This document shows positions 39,225 through 52,376 of a DNA stretch of 64,000 nucleotides, one piece after another. The notes under the pieces are model-generated. The model was not told where the DNA came from. It did no database searches and saw only the letters and a list, made by a program, of their open reading frames with translations. The translations under genes were made by a program, and so were the position numbers. Source of the stretch: Octopus sinensis (Eukaryota); contig NC_042999.1 of assembly GCF_006345805.1 (NCBI RefSeq), positions 31,868,001 through 31,932,000 on the forward strand, written 5' to 3'. The first letter of the stretch is position 1. Each line of letters starts with the position of its first letter.

Positions 39225-39400
39225 ATCGTTAGCACGACACTGAGCAAGGTCAAGCAGTATTTCGTCCGTCCACACGTTTGTAGCTTATAATTCCACTGAA
39301 TTTTTACTCTTTCGTGGTCCAAAATGTAAGTACCAGTTAAACACTGTAATCGAAGTAAGTAACTTTAGCCTTTTCCAAGAAACTCCTGGCAATGTGTCAA
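39225..39400 (+). mobile_element. Degraded SINE family B
   Basis: gacggactgccagaatcgttagcacg...tatttcgtccgtc...gtaccagttaaacactg. Confidence 0.6.
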
Positions 39401-39935
39401 AAATTTAAATCAATATTATTCGCAATTTATATATATATATATATATATTATAATATTAGGGAGTAAATCAAAACTTACAGGGAAAATTAGATTTAGGATT
39501 AAAATTTAAATTATTTAAATTTAAAATTTTAAAGTTATATTTATAATTTTTATATATATATATTATAATATATATATATATATATATATTTAATTTTTAA
39601 ATTTTTAAACTTCAATTTTTTTTTATATAACTCTCTAAAAGTATTAAAAAGTTTAATATAATATAATATATATATTTCTTTTCGAGTACCACTTAATGGT
39701 TTCTATTTCATGAAGGGGAATATAAATTCTGAATTATATTCATATACGTTTAGTTGGACCGTTAAAGATACATAGTGGCCATGCTGTAATAAATTACAGA
39801 GATTATCGTATCTAATCTTAATATAGTATGTTAACTATATTAAGATTAAACATGACTTAATATAGTATGTTATATAAGTGTGCTTATAATTCTTGCTTTT
39901 TGTTATCATTAATGTATTGGAGCAAGGTTCTATGA

Positions 39936-40131
39936 GTGCACACCAGTGTAAATCTAATCAACATACTAATAAAATTATATCATGATTCTTCTAAAATCTC
40001 ACCCAAATTCACATTCATGATTGAATCTGATTCAAGGAAAGAAAACATTTTGCCCACTGTTTTTCAATTATGGCGGACGTTAGAATATATCTGAGCGTAA
40101 CTATCCGATCACAAATTGGTGAAATGGAAGA
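39936..40131 (+). repeat. ~195-bp unclassified repeat, copy 1 (copy 2 at 47893-48088)
   Basis: Direct alignment by eye, about 85% identical. Confidence 0.85.
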
Positions 40132-40589
40132 AAAAATACTTCTTCTGTGAGAAGGAGAAACGTTGTGCAAAGGGGTTCAATTAGCAACTGCTCATATTTT
40201 AGATTCTGTATATAATAAAACACAGAATTAATATGCTTACATTCCTATAATTTCTCTCTAAGCGACCTTTTCTGGTATTTAAATTGATTTTGCATCTTCT
40301 GATTCCATTTTGTGTCGAGTATACATAATATATAATTTTTAAATAATGAATCAATGGAATGCAAACACAATGAAAATCAGTTATCTACTTCGTTAGCACC
40401 ACGATTTTCACCTTTTCTATATCGTAGAAAACTATCATATGCTATTGATTGCGAATGGATAACAGGTACATATTTACTCTAATGAGCAGCAAACAATAGG
40501 CGAAATCTCTATTGAGAAACTCTCAGATCAGTTTTTACGTACATTCAGCAATGTAATAATGTGTTTGTATTCGAATGACTTTTATCACA

Positions 40590-40780
40590 GCTGGCCGCTG
40601 GCAGAATCGCTTCGACGCCAGGTTAAATGCCTAGCGGCATTTCGCCCATCTTTACGTTACGTTCTTAATCCCAATTCCGCTGTTCATCCCTTCGGGGTCA
40701 TTAAAATAAGCAGTAGTTGATTACTTGCTTCCTTCTCTGAAATTGTAGATTATATGCCGAAACTACAAATCATTATTTTA
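40590..40780 (+). mobile_element. Degraded SINE family B
   Basis: ggccgctggcagaatcg...aaatgcctagcggcatttcg...ttcatcccttcggggtc. Confidence 0.7.
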
Positions 40781-42573
40781 TTACAGCTAACCTTTCTAAT
40801 ATACGTAATTGTGAATCTATGTGAGCATGTTATTACATTTGTATCATGATTTCCTTGTGTTCCTTGATACCACACACGTTTTAAAATTTATTGGATTTTT
40901 GTCTGAATATTTTAGCCAATTGTCAATCACACATCCTGCTTAATTTACACGGCTGTCTATCACACTTTTCATTTATTGACACCGTTTTCCCCCCATTTTA
41001 TCCGTTTGTCTTAACTATTATAGTTCTCCCTTATTGTTAGCCGTTTGGCTATCACAGCTCTCACTTATTCTTAACCGTTTGTCTATCTTAAATCTCTCTC
41101 CTTGTATTTCTAGCTTCCTAGTCACGCATCCCTTCTGTCAGTCATTCATTTGACTTCATAAGTGTGCACCCGTAGTTATCTTATCTTGAATATAAAATAT
41201 ATTCGTCCAGAATTGTAATATTTCGCTTAATCTGTCTTACGTGATGATTATTTACGAACTGAATCATTTACATTCCTTGTTGCCCATTTCTCTCCACGAA
41301 ATTTTGAGGTTTGTGTATTTAATTGTTTTGAAGGCAGCACAGATTCTAACTTTCGTATATTAAACAGCATCTAAATTAAGTGTATTTCACTATTTCAAAA
41401 AATTTTTAATTAGCAATGTGGCCATCGAACGTGAGAAAGTCTGCTGTAATTTATTCCAGCTTTCTACACTTACATTTCAAATCTTTCCGATTTCAAATTC
41501 AGATTTCAGCATTTTAGGTTTCATCAAATAGAGTACCTACTGGACAAAATATTGTAAGACATTTTAGGGTATCCTTTAACGTGATATCTGTTATCTGTTG
41601 TGGTCGTTTGCAAGTATTGTGACCATGTACCTTTCTGAGAATTACTGCCTACATGTTTTCAGTATTATTGATTGTTCTAAGGAAAATAGGAACGTCAAGA
41701 GCAGCGCCTCGAACTTGTTTTACAAAAGTGTTTACATTTGAAAACGGTTGCAGATATATTAATCCATACCATTCAGAGATATTTTTGATCTCAGGCATAA
41801 TGAATATCCTAATGTTACATCAAAAAATTAAATAGAAAATTGATTCCATTATTATTAAAATTTTAATTAAGTCCACCTACGTTATTTTGACATTTATACT
41901 ATGTCTAATCGAAATGACAGATGCAGAAAGGAAACTAACACGTAATACAGCGAGAAAAGTATTAAAAATAACTTTTGACGGATGTGGATATATAAACGCC
42001 CTCGCGTAAGTTGCAAGGCGCATATACACTTGCGCATACAAGCATCCACGAAGATGTACGCACACGCACACAGGTTGTTTTGATGCGCATTTAAAAAAAA
42101 ATTAGTTTTATATATTTTTCATTTATATTAAATTACTGATGGCTTAAACACAAAATCTTGTAACAGCATAAACAATGGCTTATCTACTATAAATCATTGT
42201 GTATAAGAGCGAATAATTCATCATCCGATCGTGGAGATTCTGTTATTCCAACAATTAATGTAGCGGCGTTTAAATTACCGTGACTATACATATGACTTAT
42301 GCTTGTAATGAGTACCTGATTGTCAGATAAAACTAGCGTGATATAGATTGTAATATGACATTACCTTTGAAGTACAAATGCATTCCACATGACGTGGTTC
42401 ATTAGTTTCGTTCACACAATTTCAATCACACACTGTTTGACCTGTACTAAATGACATTTGTACAAGATGCCAGGCCGTGCGATCGATGTTGTGACCTCGT
42501 GTGTGGAAAGCAAATATTTTAGCCATTCGAACATACTTACATGAGGCCTGTCTGTCTGTCTATCTATCTATCA

Positions 42574-42651
<78 letters not shown>

Positions 42652-43127
42652 TTATCTCTCTGTCAATCAATCTATGTATCAAAGCGAACAAAAAAACTAA
42701 GTGGACACTAAGAATATGTTTTATGAATTAAGCTAAGCTTACAAAGGGGGAAATCTACATATTTTGTAAACAACGCACAATTTAAGCAGTCAGAAAATGG
42801 GAATATGCATGGAACAACAATTTCTGCTATTCTGCAACGTCTATTGGTAAATATCTGATATTCAAATCTGAGAAAGCATGTGCGTTAATATTGATGTCCA
42901 TCATATAAGTATATTGGCAGAAAAACTATAGAGTGCATGAACTCATGAGAACGGAAATTTTAATCAAATATTAATATCCATGAAAGCCTGATCACTAAGA
43001 TACACACACACATATTCAATCACACACATGCACACGCACGTACACACATGTATATTTGTATATACACACACACACACATATATATGTATGTATGTATATG
43101 CTTTTATACACACTCACATGTATATTT

Positions 43128-43192
<65 letters not shown>

Positions 43193-44644
43193 TCACATGT
43201 ATATTATATATATATATATATATATAATATATATATATATATATAAATATATCATATATATGCCTGTCCGTATATGTATATGTGTATATATGTATATATG
43301 TGTGTGTTTTATTCGAATACCACACATGCTAGTTTATATACAAAATAATATTGATCGAGAAATTGGTGTCAACAATACAATGAAGGGAAACAAAAGTGTT
43401 TGAAACATAATGCATAAATGTTTCACGAGTTGCTATCGTACTCAGTGAACCCACGATAATTGGGAATCAATTTTGTTATCGATAAATATAACGCATATAT
43501 ATTCACTAAAAAACATAAAGTAAAAAAAAAAAAAAGAACAGTATATATGGGAAAAGCGAAATGAGAAGAGCTGCTGTTGTTGTAATAATAGTCAGTATAA
43601 TATATCGGCATATGTACATGAATATTAAATAGATAATACTTGTATTGTTAACGATTACAATAAGTTTTTCTTTGACAAATAAACGTTATTATCGGCCAGG
43701 TCTGAAATATTTCTAGACTATTGAATCATTTTGCTTTGGGATTCTCACTTGTCTACCCTCTCTTCCCGTGTTACCATCTTTCTCCTTGCTCTCTCTCATT
43801 TATATATATATATATATGTATGTATTTTCTCCACTTGCTTGGCGAGTCGCTTGCTATAAAAACGAATGTAAGGCGTTTCCTTTGATTGAGACATAATTTC
43901 GGCCATTTATGAAGTAACAAAAACAGTTTTGTTCGCTTCTGTTTTATTTCTTAAGATTTCTAAAATATCATAGCTATTCTAAGGCCGGGTCATTGACAAA
44001 AATGAAATGGTCGAATTGTGTCAGTAACCAGGTCGTAGAAGTGCAAAACTAATATTGATGCAAAACATAAACGAATATTGAATATAAATATCTATATGGG
44101 TTCTTAAATAGCTACGAATATTTTTTTTCTGTGCCATTTTTATTGTTTTAAAGAATACAAAGATGCGTTCGCATACAAACACACGCCGAGCTCTCTCTTC
44201 ACACACACACACACACACTCACACATATACACATATTTATATGTGTTACGACGAACGCAATCAGTTATGACCGACCTGAAGGTTTTTGGAACCCCACTAT
44301 ACAAGAATGCCAAGTTTGATCTTGACATGATTTTCTATCCGTTTCACTTCTGTTGCTGCTTTGTGACGTTTTGGTCAACCACATTTTCTTTGTGTTTCAG
44401 CTTTTCAAATAATCTTCGTTTCACATGACCTGTAAAACACATTTTTTATTTCTTTTTTCTAAATGAGCACATCATTCATATTGCGCAGTTCCCCTCTACT
44501 ATAACTCACAATTGGAAACAGCTTCTTTACTGGTCAAGTCAGAATTTCTAAAGGACCCTGTAAGAAGTAAAATTATTACTAAGGTACTGATAGAATATGT
44601 CTGTATCGTAATGTCAGCGTTTGTAAAATATTGCTTGAAATTTA

Positions 44645-45125
44645 TGACGTAAGGCCAGCAGTTTTTAGACAGGGGGACTATGGTTTACGTTGAATCTACC
44701 ATTCAACTGGTGCTTTTTCTATTGACTCTGCGATATTTGTACGGAAAAAATCAAAAGCAATTTTTCTAAAATATCGATTTGAAATGTTGGCACAAGGCCA
44801 GACATTTCAAAGGAGAGCAATATCGATTACATGGACACCATTGTTAAGCATTTTCCCTGGCATATTAACGATGCTGTTACCTCTCCACCCTCCACTGTTG
44901 TAAGAATATTGGTTTCTGAATTTGGCACAAGGTCAGCAAAATTGGGGGAAGTGTAAAGTCGATTACATCTGTCGATTACCAGTGTCCAGCTGGCATTTAT
45001 TTTAAGGACCCCGAAAGGATGAAAGGCAAATTTGACCTCGGTGTTTTCTGAACTCACAACCACAAGCTGAACGATGCGCCGCTAAACATCTTGCCTAGTG
45101 TCCTAACGATTCTGCCAGCTGGCTG
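44645..45125 (-). mobile_element. SINE family B remnants (one more complete copy plus partial tails)
   Basis: ccccgaaaggatgaaaggcaaatttgacctcgg...aacgattctgccagct; aaggccagca repeated at 44652, 44794 and 44929. Confidence 0.7.
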
Positions 45126-45247
45126 ATTTATTATTTGTTAAAATATAGGAAAGGAAATTATGATTCACGTGAAATATTCTTTCAAATCAATGTTTAAAAA
45201 AAATGTTCTTGTTTTCGTTATTATTATTATTATTATTATTATTGTCG

Positions 45248-45288
<41 letters not shown>

Positions 45289-45527
45289 GCTCTTGTTGTT
45301 ACTGCTGCTGTTGTTGTTGTTCTTCTTCTTTTTCTTCTACTCCTCCCCATCCTCCCCCTCTTCCACCTCCACCACCTCCTCCTCCTTCTTCTTTCCTCTT
45401 CTTCTTCTTCTTCTTCTTCTTCTGACGATGATGATGATGATGAGAGACTATCGGTTAGTTAAATTCCGATTGTTCTTTACTAGAAAGCAGGCAGTAACAA
45501 ATCAACAAGTTTTCATGTAGTGCGTTC

Positions 45528-45588
<61 letters not shown>

Positions 45589-45591
<3 letters not shown>

Positions 45592-45892
45592 TAGTTTTAT
45601 TTTTATAGCTTGCTTTCACTTCACTACCGAGCGCAGCTCTGTGTGCCTTGGGTATGTGCTGTGATTTGTTGTGATGCTCTGATGGTTATTGTATGGAAAG
45701 TGTTCTGCGTAGGATGTGTGCAGTGCCTAGTAGTGCAATTTTCTGTATGTTATATGTGTTTGTAAGTCCTGGTGTTTTTGTTATGTATTTGTCTGAATAT
45801 TTTTTTATCACGCCTAATGCACCTACTATGATAGGAATTGTTTCTGTTTTCAGATTCCACATTCTAGTTACCTCTATTTCAAGGTCTTTGTA
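45589..45892 (-). mobile_element. 5'-truncated R4/Dong LINE 3' end (restriction-like endonuclease C-terminus) within (TAA)n
   Basis: Minus strand 45892-45686 reads YKDLEIEVTRMWNLKTETIPIIVGALGVIKKYSDKYITKTPGLTNTYNIQKIALLGTAHILRRTLSIQ* without interruption; (TAA)n on both sides. Confidence 0.9.
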
Positions 45893-45936
45893 TTATTATT
45901 ATTACTATTATTATTATTATTATTATTATATTATTA

Positions 45937-45973
<37 letters not shown>

Positions 45974-46097
45974 TCTAAACAAAAAAAATCTATAAATAAA
46001 TAAATACAATAAAACTGTCCTGCAAATTTTGTATACATACATAACATGGACAATTGTAAAGTACATTTAGACGGCCAAAAAAAATTATAATAATAAT

Positions 46098-46145
<48 letters not shown>

Positions 46146-46212
46146 TATAACAACAACAGTAACATCGCAACATACCTTAGGAATGAGAACCCAGGTTCGA
46201 AATTTGCCAAAG

Positions 46213-46257
46213 ACACCTGAAGAAGGCTGTGGGACTATATATGCCGAAACATTGTGT
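46213..46257 (+). ncRNA. Type I hammerhead ribozyme motif in a short repeat (about 46155-46320) next to (AAT)n
   Basis: ACAC-CTGAAGA-A-GGC(15 nt)GCC-GAAA-CAT-T-GTGT; stem I ACAC/GTGT. Stem III ACAT is not palindromic (ACGT expected), so it is probably impaired. Confidence 0.65.
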
Positions 46258-47460
46258 TAGCAACAAAGAAGTTGAGGACAAATATTCGTCGAATGTAAAT
46301 AATGTAAATAAGGACATCTAGTGTATGTTTATTTAATTTTTTGTTGTGATTGTTTTACTTATTTAGATGTATACAATTTCCCATCTGTACGTTTCAGGCT
46401 TGTATCTAAGTTAGTATACATACATACATACATACATACATGCATACATACATACATACATACATACATACATACACATACATACATACACACACATCTA
46501 TACATGGCAGTAATCATTCATATGTCTGTTCAGAGAAAATTGTTACCCATGCTCAAAATTGTTAATTTATATACCACAATTTCCATAATTTATATAAAAA
46601 TCCCCAAAAATTGGGAATTGTCATTTGATGATATTGCAAGTCTTATTACACGCTTTTCTCCTCCCATTATAACCTCGTATTCATACTGGTGAAGCTTTGG
46701 TAATTGTCGCGCAAAACCAATTCCTGTGCTTTAATTCGGACGCTATATAACATTGTAGACATTAGCAGTATATTCTCCACTAACGTTTCATACTACGACT
46801 TGAAATTAATTTATTTCATATTTGTCTTAAGCCTGAAGAAACGATTTTTGAAACGTGTGAGTGCATGATATTTATATGGTTGTATATTTGTGTTATTTCT
46901 GTGACGTTTGTAAAGTTATTTGTTATCGAAATTTCCAGTAAACGGTAGAATCGTTGTTGGTGTAAATTTCTTAATGCTTTCAGCTGCAAATAAACTCTGT
47001 TATCCTAAAAATCACAGCAGGCCTTGTAAGACTTGTGATATTGATGCAATTAACCAACGCCTTCAACAGTTGAGGGTAGATGACTGCAGATGAAAAACAG
47101 AATGTTGTTATGGCGATATTTCACGAAGGAAAGATAGGTAAGGTACGTCGACCTATCGCTCGAAAAAAAATCGACTTTAATTTTACTCGTGCTGAAGAAT
47201 TAGTCGTCGATACAATTCTGTCCTAAAATATTTCGATCTAAAGTTATTTTGGTTAACCGTTATTTGAAATCAAAATTTGCCTTACTGTAAATTTGAAATT
47301 GTTCTTGTATTACGCTGAAGGTTTAACTCTATATTACGAATTATAATCAGTTTTTATCATAAAAATTAGGGTCACTTTTTAACAGAGTCGGCTAATAGCT
47401 ACATAGCTATATAAGCTCGGGCGTGGCTGTGTGCTAGGAAGCTTGCATCCCAACCACATG

Positions 47461-47511
<51 letters not shown>

Positions 47512-47892
47512 AAACAAGTCATGATAGAAAATGCTAAAATAATTGTATAAAGAACATTTCAGTAGCGGTTTCAGTCATTGAGACCTCTTCAACTGTAACA
47601 ATTAAATAATTAAATTTGGAAAAATTAAAAGAAAAGTTTTTTTTTTAAAGAATATTTGTATAGTGTTCAAATTTAAGTGGCATTTTCCACGATTCTGCCT
47701 TTCTCTGTCTCTCTTGTTCACATTTGTTGGTTCGAGGTCGTTTTGTGTATATATATATATATATCTATATATATATATCTATATATATATATATATATAT
47801 ATATACATGGAGAAAAATGATTCAGGAGAAATTACTTACGAAGCTATTATTTGATACTGTTATTATCTAGATTAAACACAATCATCATTTCA

Positions 47893-48088
47893 GTGCATAC
47901 CAGTGTAAATCTAATCAACATGCTAAAAAATTTATATCATGGCTCTTCCGAAATCTCACCCAAATTCACATTCATGACTGAATCTGATTCAAGGAAATAA
48001 AATATTTTGCCCTGTGTTTTTCAATTTTGGCTGAAGTTAGAATACATCTGAGCGCAACTAGCTGATCATAAATTGGTGAAATGGAAGA
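47893..48088 (+). repeat. ~195-bp unclassified repeat, copy 2
   Basis: Direct repeat of 39936-40131. Confidence 0.85.
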
Positions 48089-48099
48089 TTATAGATTAA

Positions 48100-48240
48100 T
48101 CACCACAGCTTCACCACTCTTATTGGCCGGTTTTATGATGATGTCAGTGCGGCGTCGGAGACATCGAAGGACCGAGATATTCGGCTGGGATAGCAAATGC
48201 GAGATGGAAGTTGGAATTACGAGATTTTAGTATTAATCAC
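48100..48240 (-). mobile_element. Degraded PLE fragment (pre-RT region)
   Basis: The minus strand reads (with a frameshift) ...PAEY..LRCLRRRTDIIIKPANKSGEAVV, homologous to SPAELLALRSLQRRADIIIKPADKGGAVV at ~30320-30415. Confidence 0.7.
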
Positions 48241-48931
48241 GACAATTGTTTCGACATACGTAGCATCGATCCCACGCGGGTGTGAGACCCAACAACAGGT
48301 TCAGGAGCATTCGGTGGTGCAGATGTAACTCATTGGGTGATAAATAGAGAGCACTCGTTAAAATAACCTCCCCCGCCACCATTCATATAAGCACAAGTGG
48401 ATATTTCTTTCGCTTTGTGACCGTGAGTGGAACAAACCTAACGTATGCGTATGCTCACATTTTCTTGGTTGCTTGTATGAACGCCACGCAGTTGACACGA
48501 TGCCGTTGGTACATCCATATTTGTTAACGTTTATGTTTAATACATTTCGGACCGTACTGCGTGTTCGTTTCTTTTTTCTATCTGGGATTTTGTTGTTGAT
48601 CTTCTATGTAAATGAAGATATTTCCACCGTCTTACTGCTTTGCTTTCTACAACTGAGAGACATCTACACCTCTAGATGCTTCTGAACCGTTTGTTGAGTG
48701 TCCCACCAGTGAGGGATCGATGTAGAAATGTGATTATTGATAACCTCTGGTATATTCCATCATCTGTCGTTTATTTGCCATATACATAACGATCATTATG
48801 AAAATGACCGTGCTTTAGCACTGAACTACCAGGTGTAGACCATTCGTCATATTATCCAAAATGTAACTAGATATGTAATATTGGCAATTTTTCCTGATTC
48901 TTCCATTTCTTTTGGACATTAAACTGTCTCC

Positions 48932-48968
48932 TGTTTCTGAATAAGAGCTTTGCTCGAAACGTAAAACA
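48932..48968 (+). ncRNA. Minimal hammerhead motif in a PLE-like 3' end, core G8 mutated
   Basis: TGTTT-CTGAATA-A-GAGC(TTT)GCTC-GAAA-CGT-A-AAACA; stems I-III intact, G8 replaced by T; followed by a short tail and (TA)n as in the main PLE. Confidence 0.6.
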
Positions 48969-49001
48969 TCATTTCTTTCCTTCCCTAAGCTAATTGTTAA
49001 C

Positions 49002-49087
<86 letters not shown>

Positions 49088-49498
49088 GTGAAATAGAAAG
49101 ATGAATAATCTTGTAGTAGATTAATCAAAAGTTTAACCGATACCTTAGTAGCAAAAATCACAGCAGTAAACAGCACGGTTGGAGGTACAACCATCTGGCG
49201 TTGCAACCGTGCGTTGGTGCGGATAATTGAAATTAAAACATTATTGGTGAATTGAAGAAATGGAGCTGAACGCAGATTGAACAGAAATCGTTTTATTTCA
49301 TTCTACACGTGTTTCGAAAGGCACAAATTACCAAAATCCGATTGAATAATGGGACCATATTGTATCTTTCTCTTCAGGAAGAAAAAAGGAAATCCGTTGG
49401 AAAAACAAAAACAGAACAGAGGCGGAGCAAAAACAAAAACAAATCGAACTATGCTCCTAGGAGCCCATGGCGAAACTGTTTATCAGTGTATGTCAGTG

Positions 49499-49532
<34 letters not shown>

Positions 49533-50706
49533 CATTTTTTTTTTATTCGTCTCATATGTCGTATTTTCGTTATTGATACAAAGAAGCATGTAATATCCAT
49601 CGCTTCATTTAGATGTAGGAAATATATTATTAGAACTTGTGTTTTAATTTCTTGTTCATTTACATTTGTGAACCAAACGCTAGGCATCTTCTATTTGAGT
49701 GAACGCTAGCTGAATGTGTCTCTATTTTAGAAGCATTCTGTTCGACACTCAGTTTTCAAACACTTCAAAATTTCTCATAAGTTATTATTAAGATACGAAG
49801 ACATTTTATGATTTATAAGTACTGCTTCTTGCCACGTAGAATCCTTTCATTTGTGATAACTATTCTGCTATTTAAATCTTGAGAAAGGTTACTTTTATTG
49901 ATTGCCGGAGATGCAAGGGATGCCTACCATCCAGTAGTAACATTTTCTAGTGTTTTCGTTTCTTTCAACGCAACATTACACTTTAGTGCATATTGCAATA
50001 TTTAAATATATTATGGGTTGAAATTAATTTACTTCAGCTGTGTGCAGAGTGTGAATTAATGATTTTAATATGGGAGTTCTAATATGTCACTTGGTAATAA
50101 TTGTAATGTTTTTTTTTTTTTTTTTATATATCAAAAGTAAAATTGAACAGAAGTATCGTCCTTGTTCTTATAATTTCTTATGATTTCAGCTGCGGATAAA
50201 ACTCTGCTAGCGTAAGAATCACAGCAGGTTCTGTGAGAGCTGTAATATTGAAGCAATTATCTTTCTCCTTGATATACAGGGACGGTCAATTCTCCATGGT
50301 TGCCATTTGTATGACGACATGTCTGTTAGGAGATTGCATTGTGAGTCCTCCACTTTCAACTGCAATATCCAATCGATTTGGTTATGTACATAATCATCCC
50401 TTTCATTAAATCTATGCGTTTTAATAGATCTAGACTTGAGTTGCTATATTTATAGTGATATGAAATTCCTCATTAAGAAAGGAAACGGTAGAAATAATTA
50501 AACCTATTTAATGACATTAAAAAAAATTATAGTCATTCAGTTCTCTCAAAGAAACACAGTGGGTATAAGTCCTTATGTGCAATCCTGTGTATACCCATGC
50601 GAGTTAAAATCCTGATATAATAGGCATCAAAAGAAAAAAAAACCCGAACATATCGAGTATGGGATATTACGTCATCAGAGGAAAATATGGATAAAAAGAG
50701 AAAAAT

Positions 50707-52320
50707 AGAGAAAATGAGAATGGTATATATTAATAAAAGGACGACATAGAGAAAGGGAATATAAGGATAAGGGGATGGAAAGAAACAAGAAAAAAGGAGC
50801 ATAAAACACTTCATAGTACGACGTTCGGAAGTTATAGAAACTAGTACATGTGTCCTTAGAGCAATGGATATAAGTCCTTATGTGCAATCCTGTGTATATG
50901 CATGTGAGTTAAAATCCTGATAGAATAGGCATCCTAAGAAAAAAGATGCAAACATATCGACGTTCCATAACAGAATGGTAGCAGAGGTGACTAAGGAGCA
51001 AAAGTAGAGAAGAGAAAAATAATAGTAAGAGAGGTAGATAGAATAAGATGGGGGCGGGGTTAAGGTTTGGTTATTGGATTAATTAAGGTACACAGATGCA
51101 TGGTGTAGCCGAGTAGATAAGAGAGAAGATAAGGATTTAGAGGAAGATAGGGTAAAACAATAAAGCAAAATGAAAGGAATTTAACGAGAGCAGTAGATGT
51201 CAGGTAGTCATAAAGCATTAAGTTGTTGGGAAGGAAATTTAGTAGTGATTGCTTGTGTCCGTTCCGGCCATGATTAGCGGCTGCAGAATTATTTTTAGCA
51301 ATGAGGTTCTGAGTATGTAGGTAGTCGAGAAAGGAAAAGCTTGTTGAATGTTAAATTGTTAGAGTTAGGGGGGATTATATTTGGGGATTTATTGGCTTAA
51401 GTTTTAAAAATAAATTAAGGATAAATTAAAGAATTAATATTTATCTCATACAGTATAAACATTTTCTGGACTTTAATAGACTCGGGTACCCCATATCAAG
51501 GCGAACACTCCAGTTCAAACACTGCTTAAAAGAAACTCTCAACATTCTAATCCACAACTCACCACAATTACTTAATAATTACAACGAGGTCTTCAGTACG
51601 TGTAAGCACAAGTTCTTCCGCATTTAAAAATGCTTTCTTCAATATAAATGTAAGATGACCCCCATGTATAGCACCCTCATATAAACCACTGTGATCATTA
51701 ACACATACCTCTACTATATCTCTAAAACTTTTATTTCTACCTTATGTACTACCTCATCTCTATCTACCTTGCTTCATCACACTATGACGGAATACCCTAT
51801 ACTCGGCGATATCACATAAACATCTGCGAGATTTTGAATTACTTTCTATAATAATATAGTATACGACGTGAGATGTTTGCCTTGCCTTTATGCGTGCTGT
51901 CCTGATTAACAATTATATATATATATATAAAGGGTAAACTAGAGAAAATGAGAATGGTATATAATGACGACATAGAGGAAGGGAGTAAAAGAAAAAGGGG
52001 ATGAAAAGAAAGAAGAAAAAAGGAGAATAAAACACTTCATAGTATCATGTTCGTAAGTTATAGAAACTAGAACATGTGTCCCTAGAGCTATGGATATAAG
52101 TCCTTATATGCATGTGATTTAAATTCCTGATAGAATAGGCATCCTAAGATAAAAGATGCGAACATATCGACCTTCCATAACAGAATGGTAGCGGAGGTGA
52201 CTAAGTAGCAAAAGTAAAGAAGAGAAAAATAATAGTAAGAGAGGTAGATAGAGTAAGATGGAAGGGAGTTAAGGTTTGGCTATTGGATAAATTAAGGTAC
52301 GCGGATGCATGGTGTAGCCG

Positions 52321-52321
<1 letters not shown>
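50707..52321. repeat. Pair of ~400-bp direct repeats (50707-51112 and 51941-52321) plus a partial third copy (~50561-50660)
   Basis: agagaaaatgagaatggtatat...ataagtccttat...aggcatcctaaga...catggtgtagccga occurs in both copies; about 80-85% identical by eye. Confidence 0.88.

Positions 52322-52376
<55 letters not shown>

Noticed and set aside
46833-46857. CTGAAGA-AACGATTTTT-GAAACGTG hammerhead-like relic
   Set aside because: G at the cleavage position, no stem II and no stem I; at best a dead relic.
46960-50260. ~90-bp diverged direct repeat (46960-47055 and 50168-50260), possibly Tc1/mariner remnants
   Set aside because: The similarity is real but low; no TIR pair or transposase motif could be confirmed.
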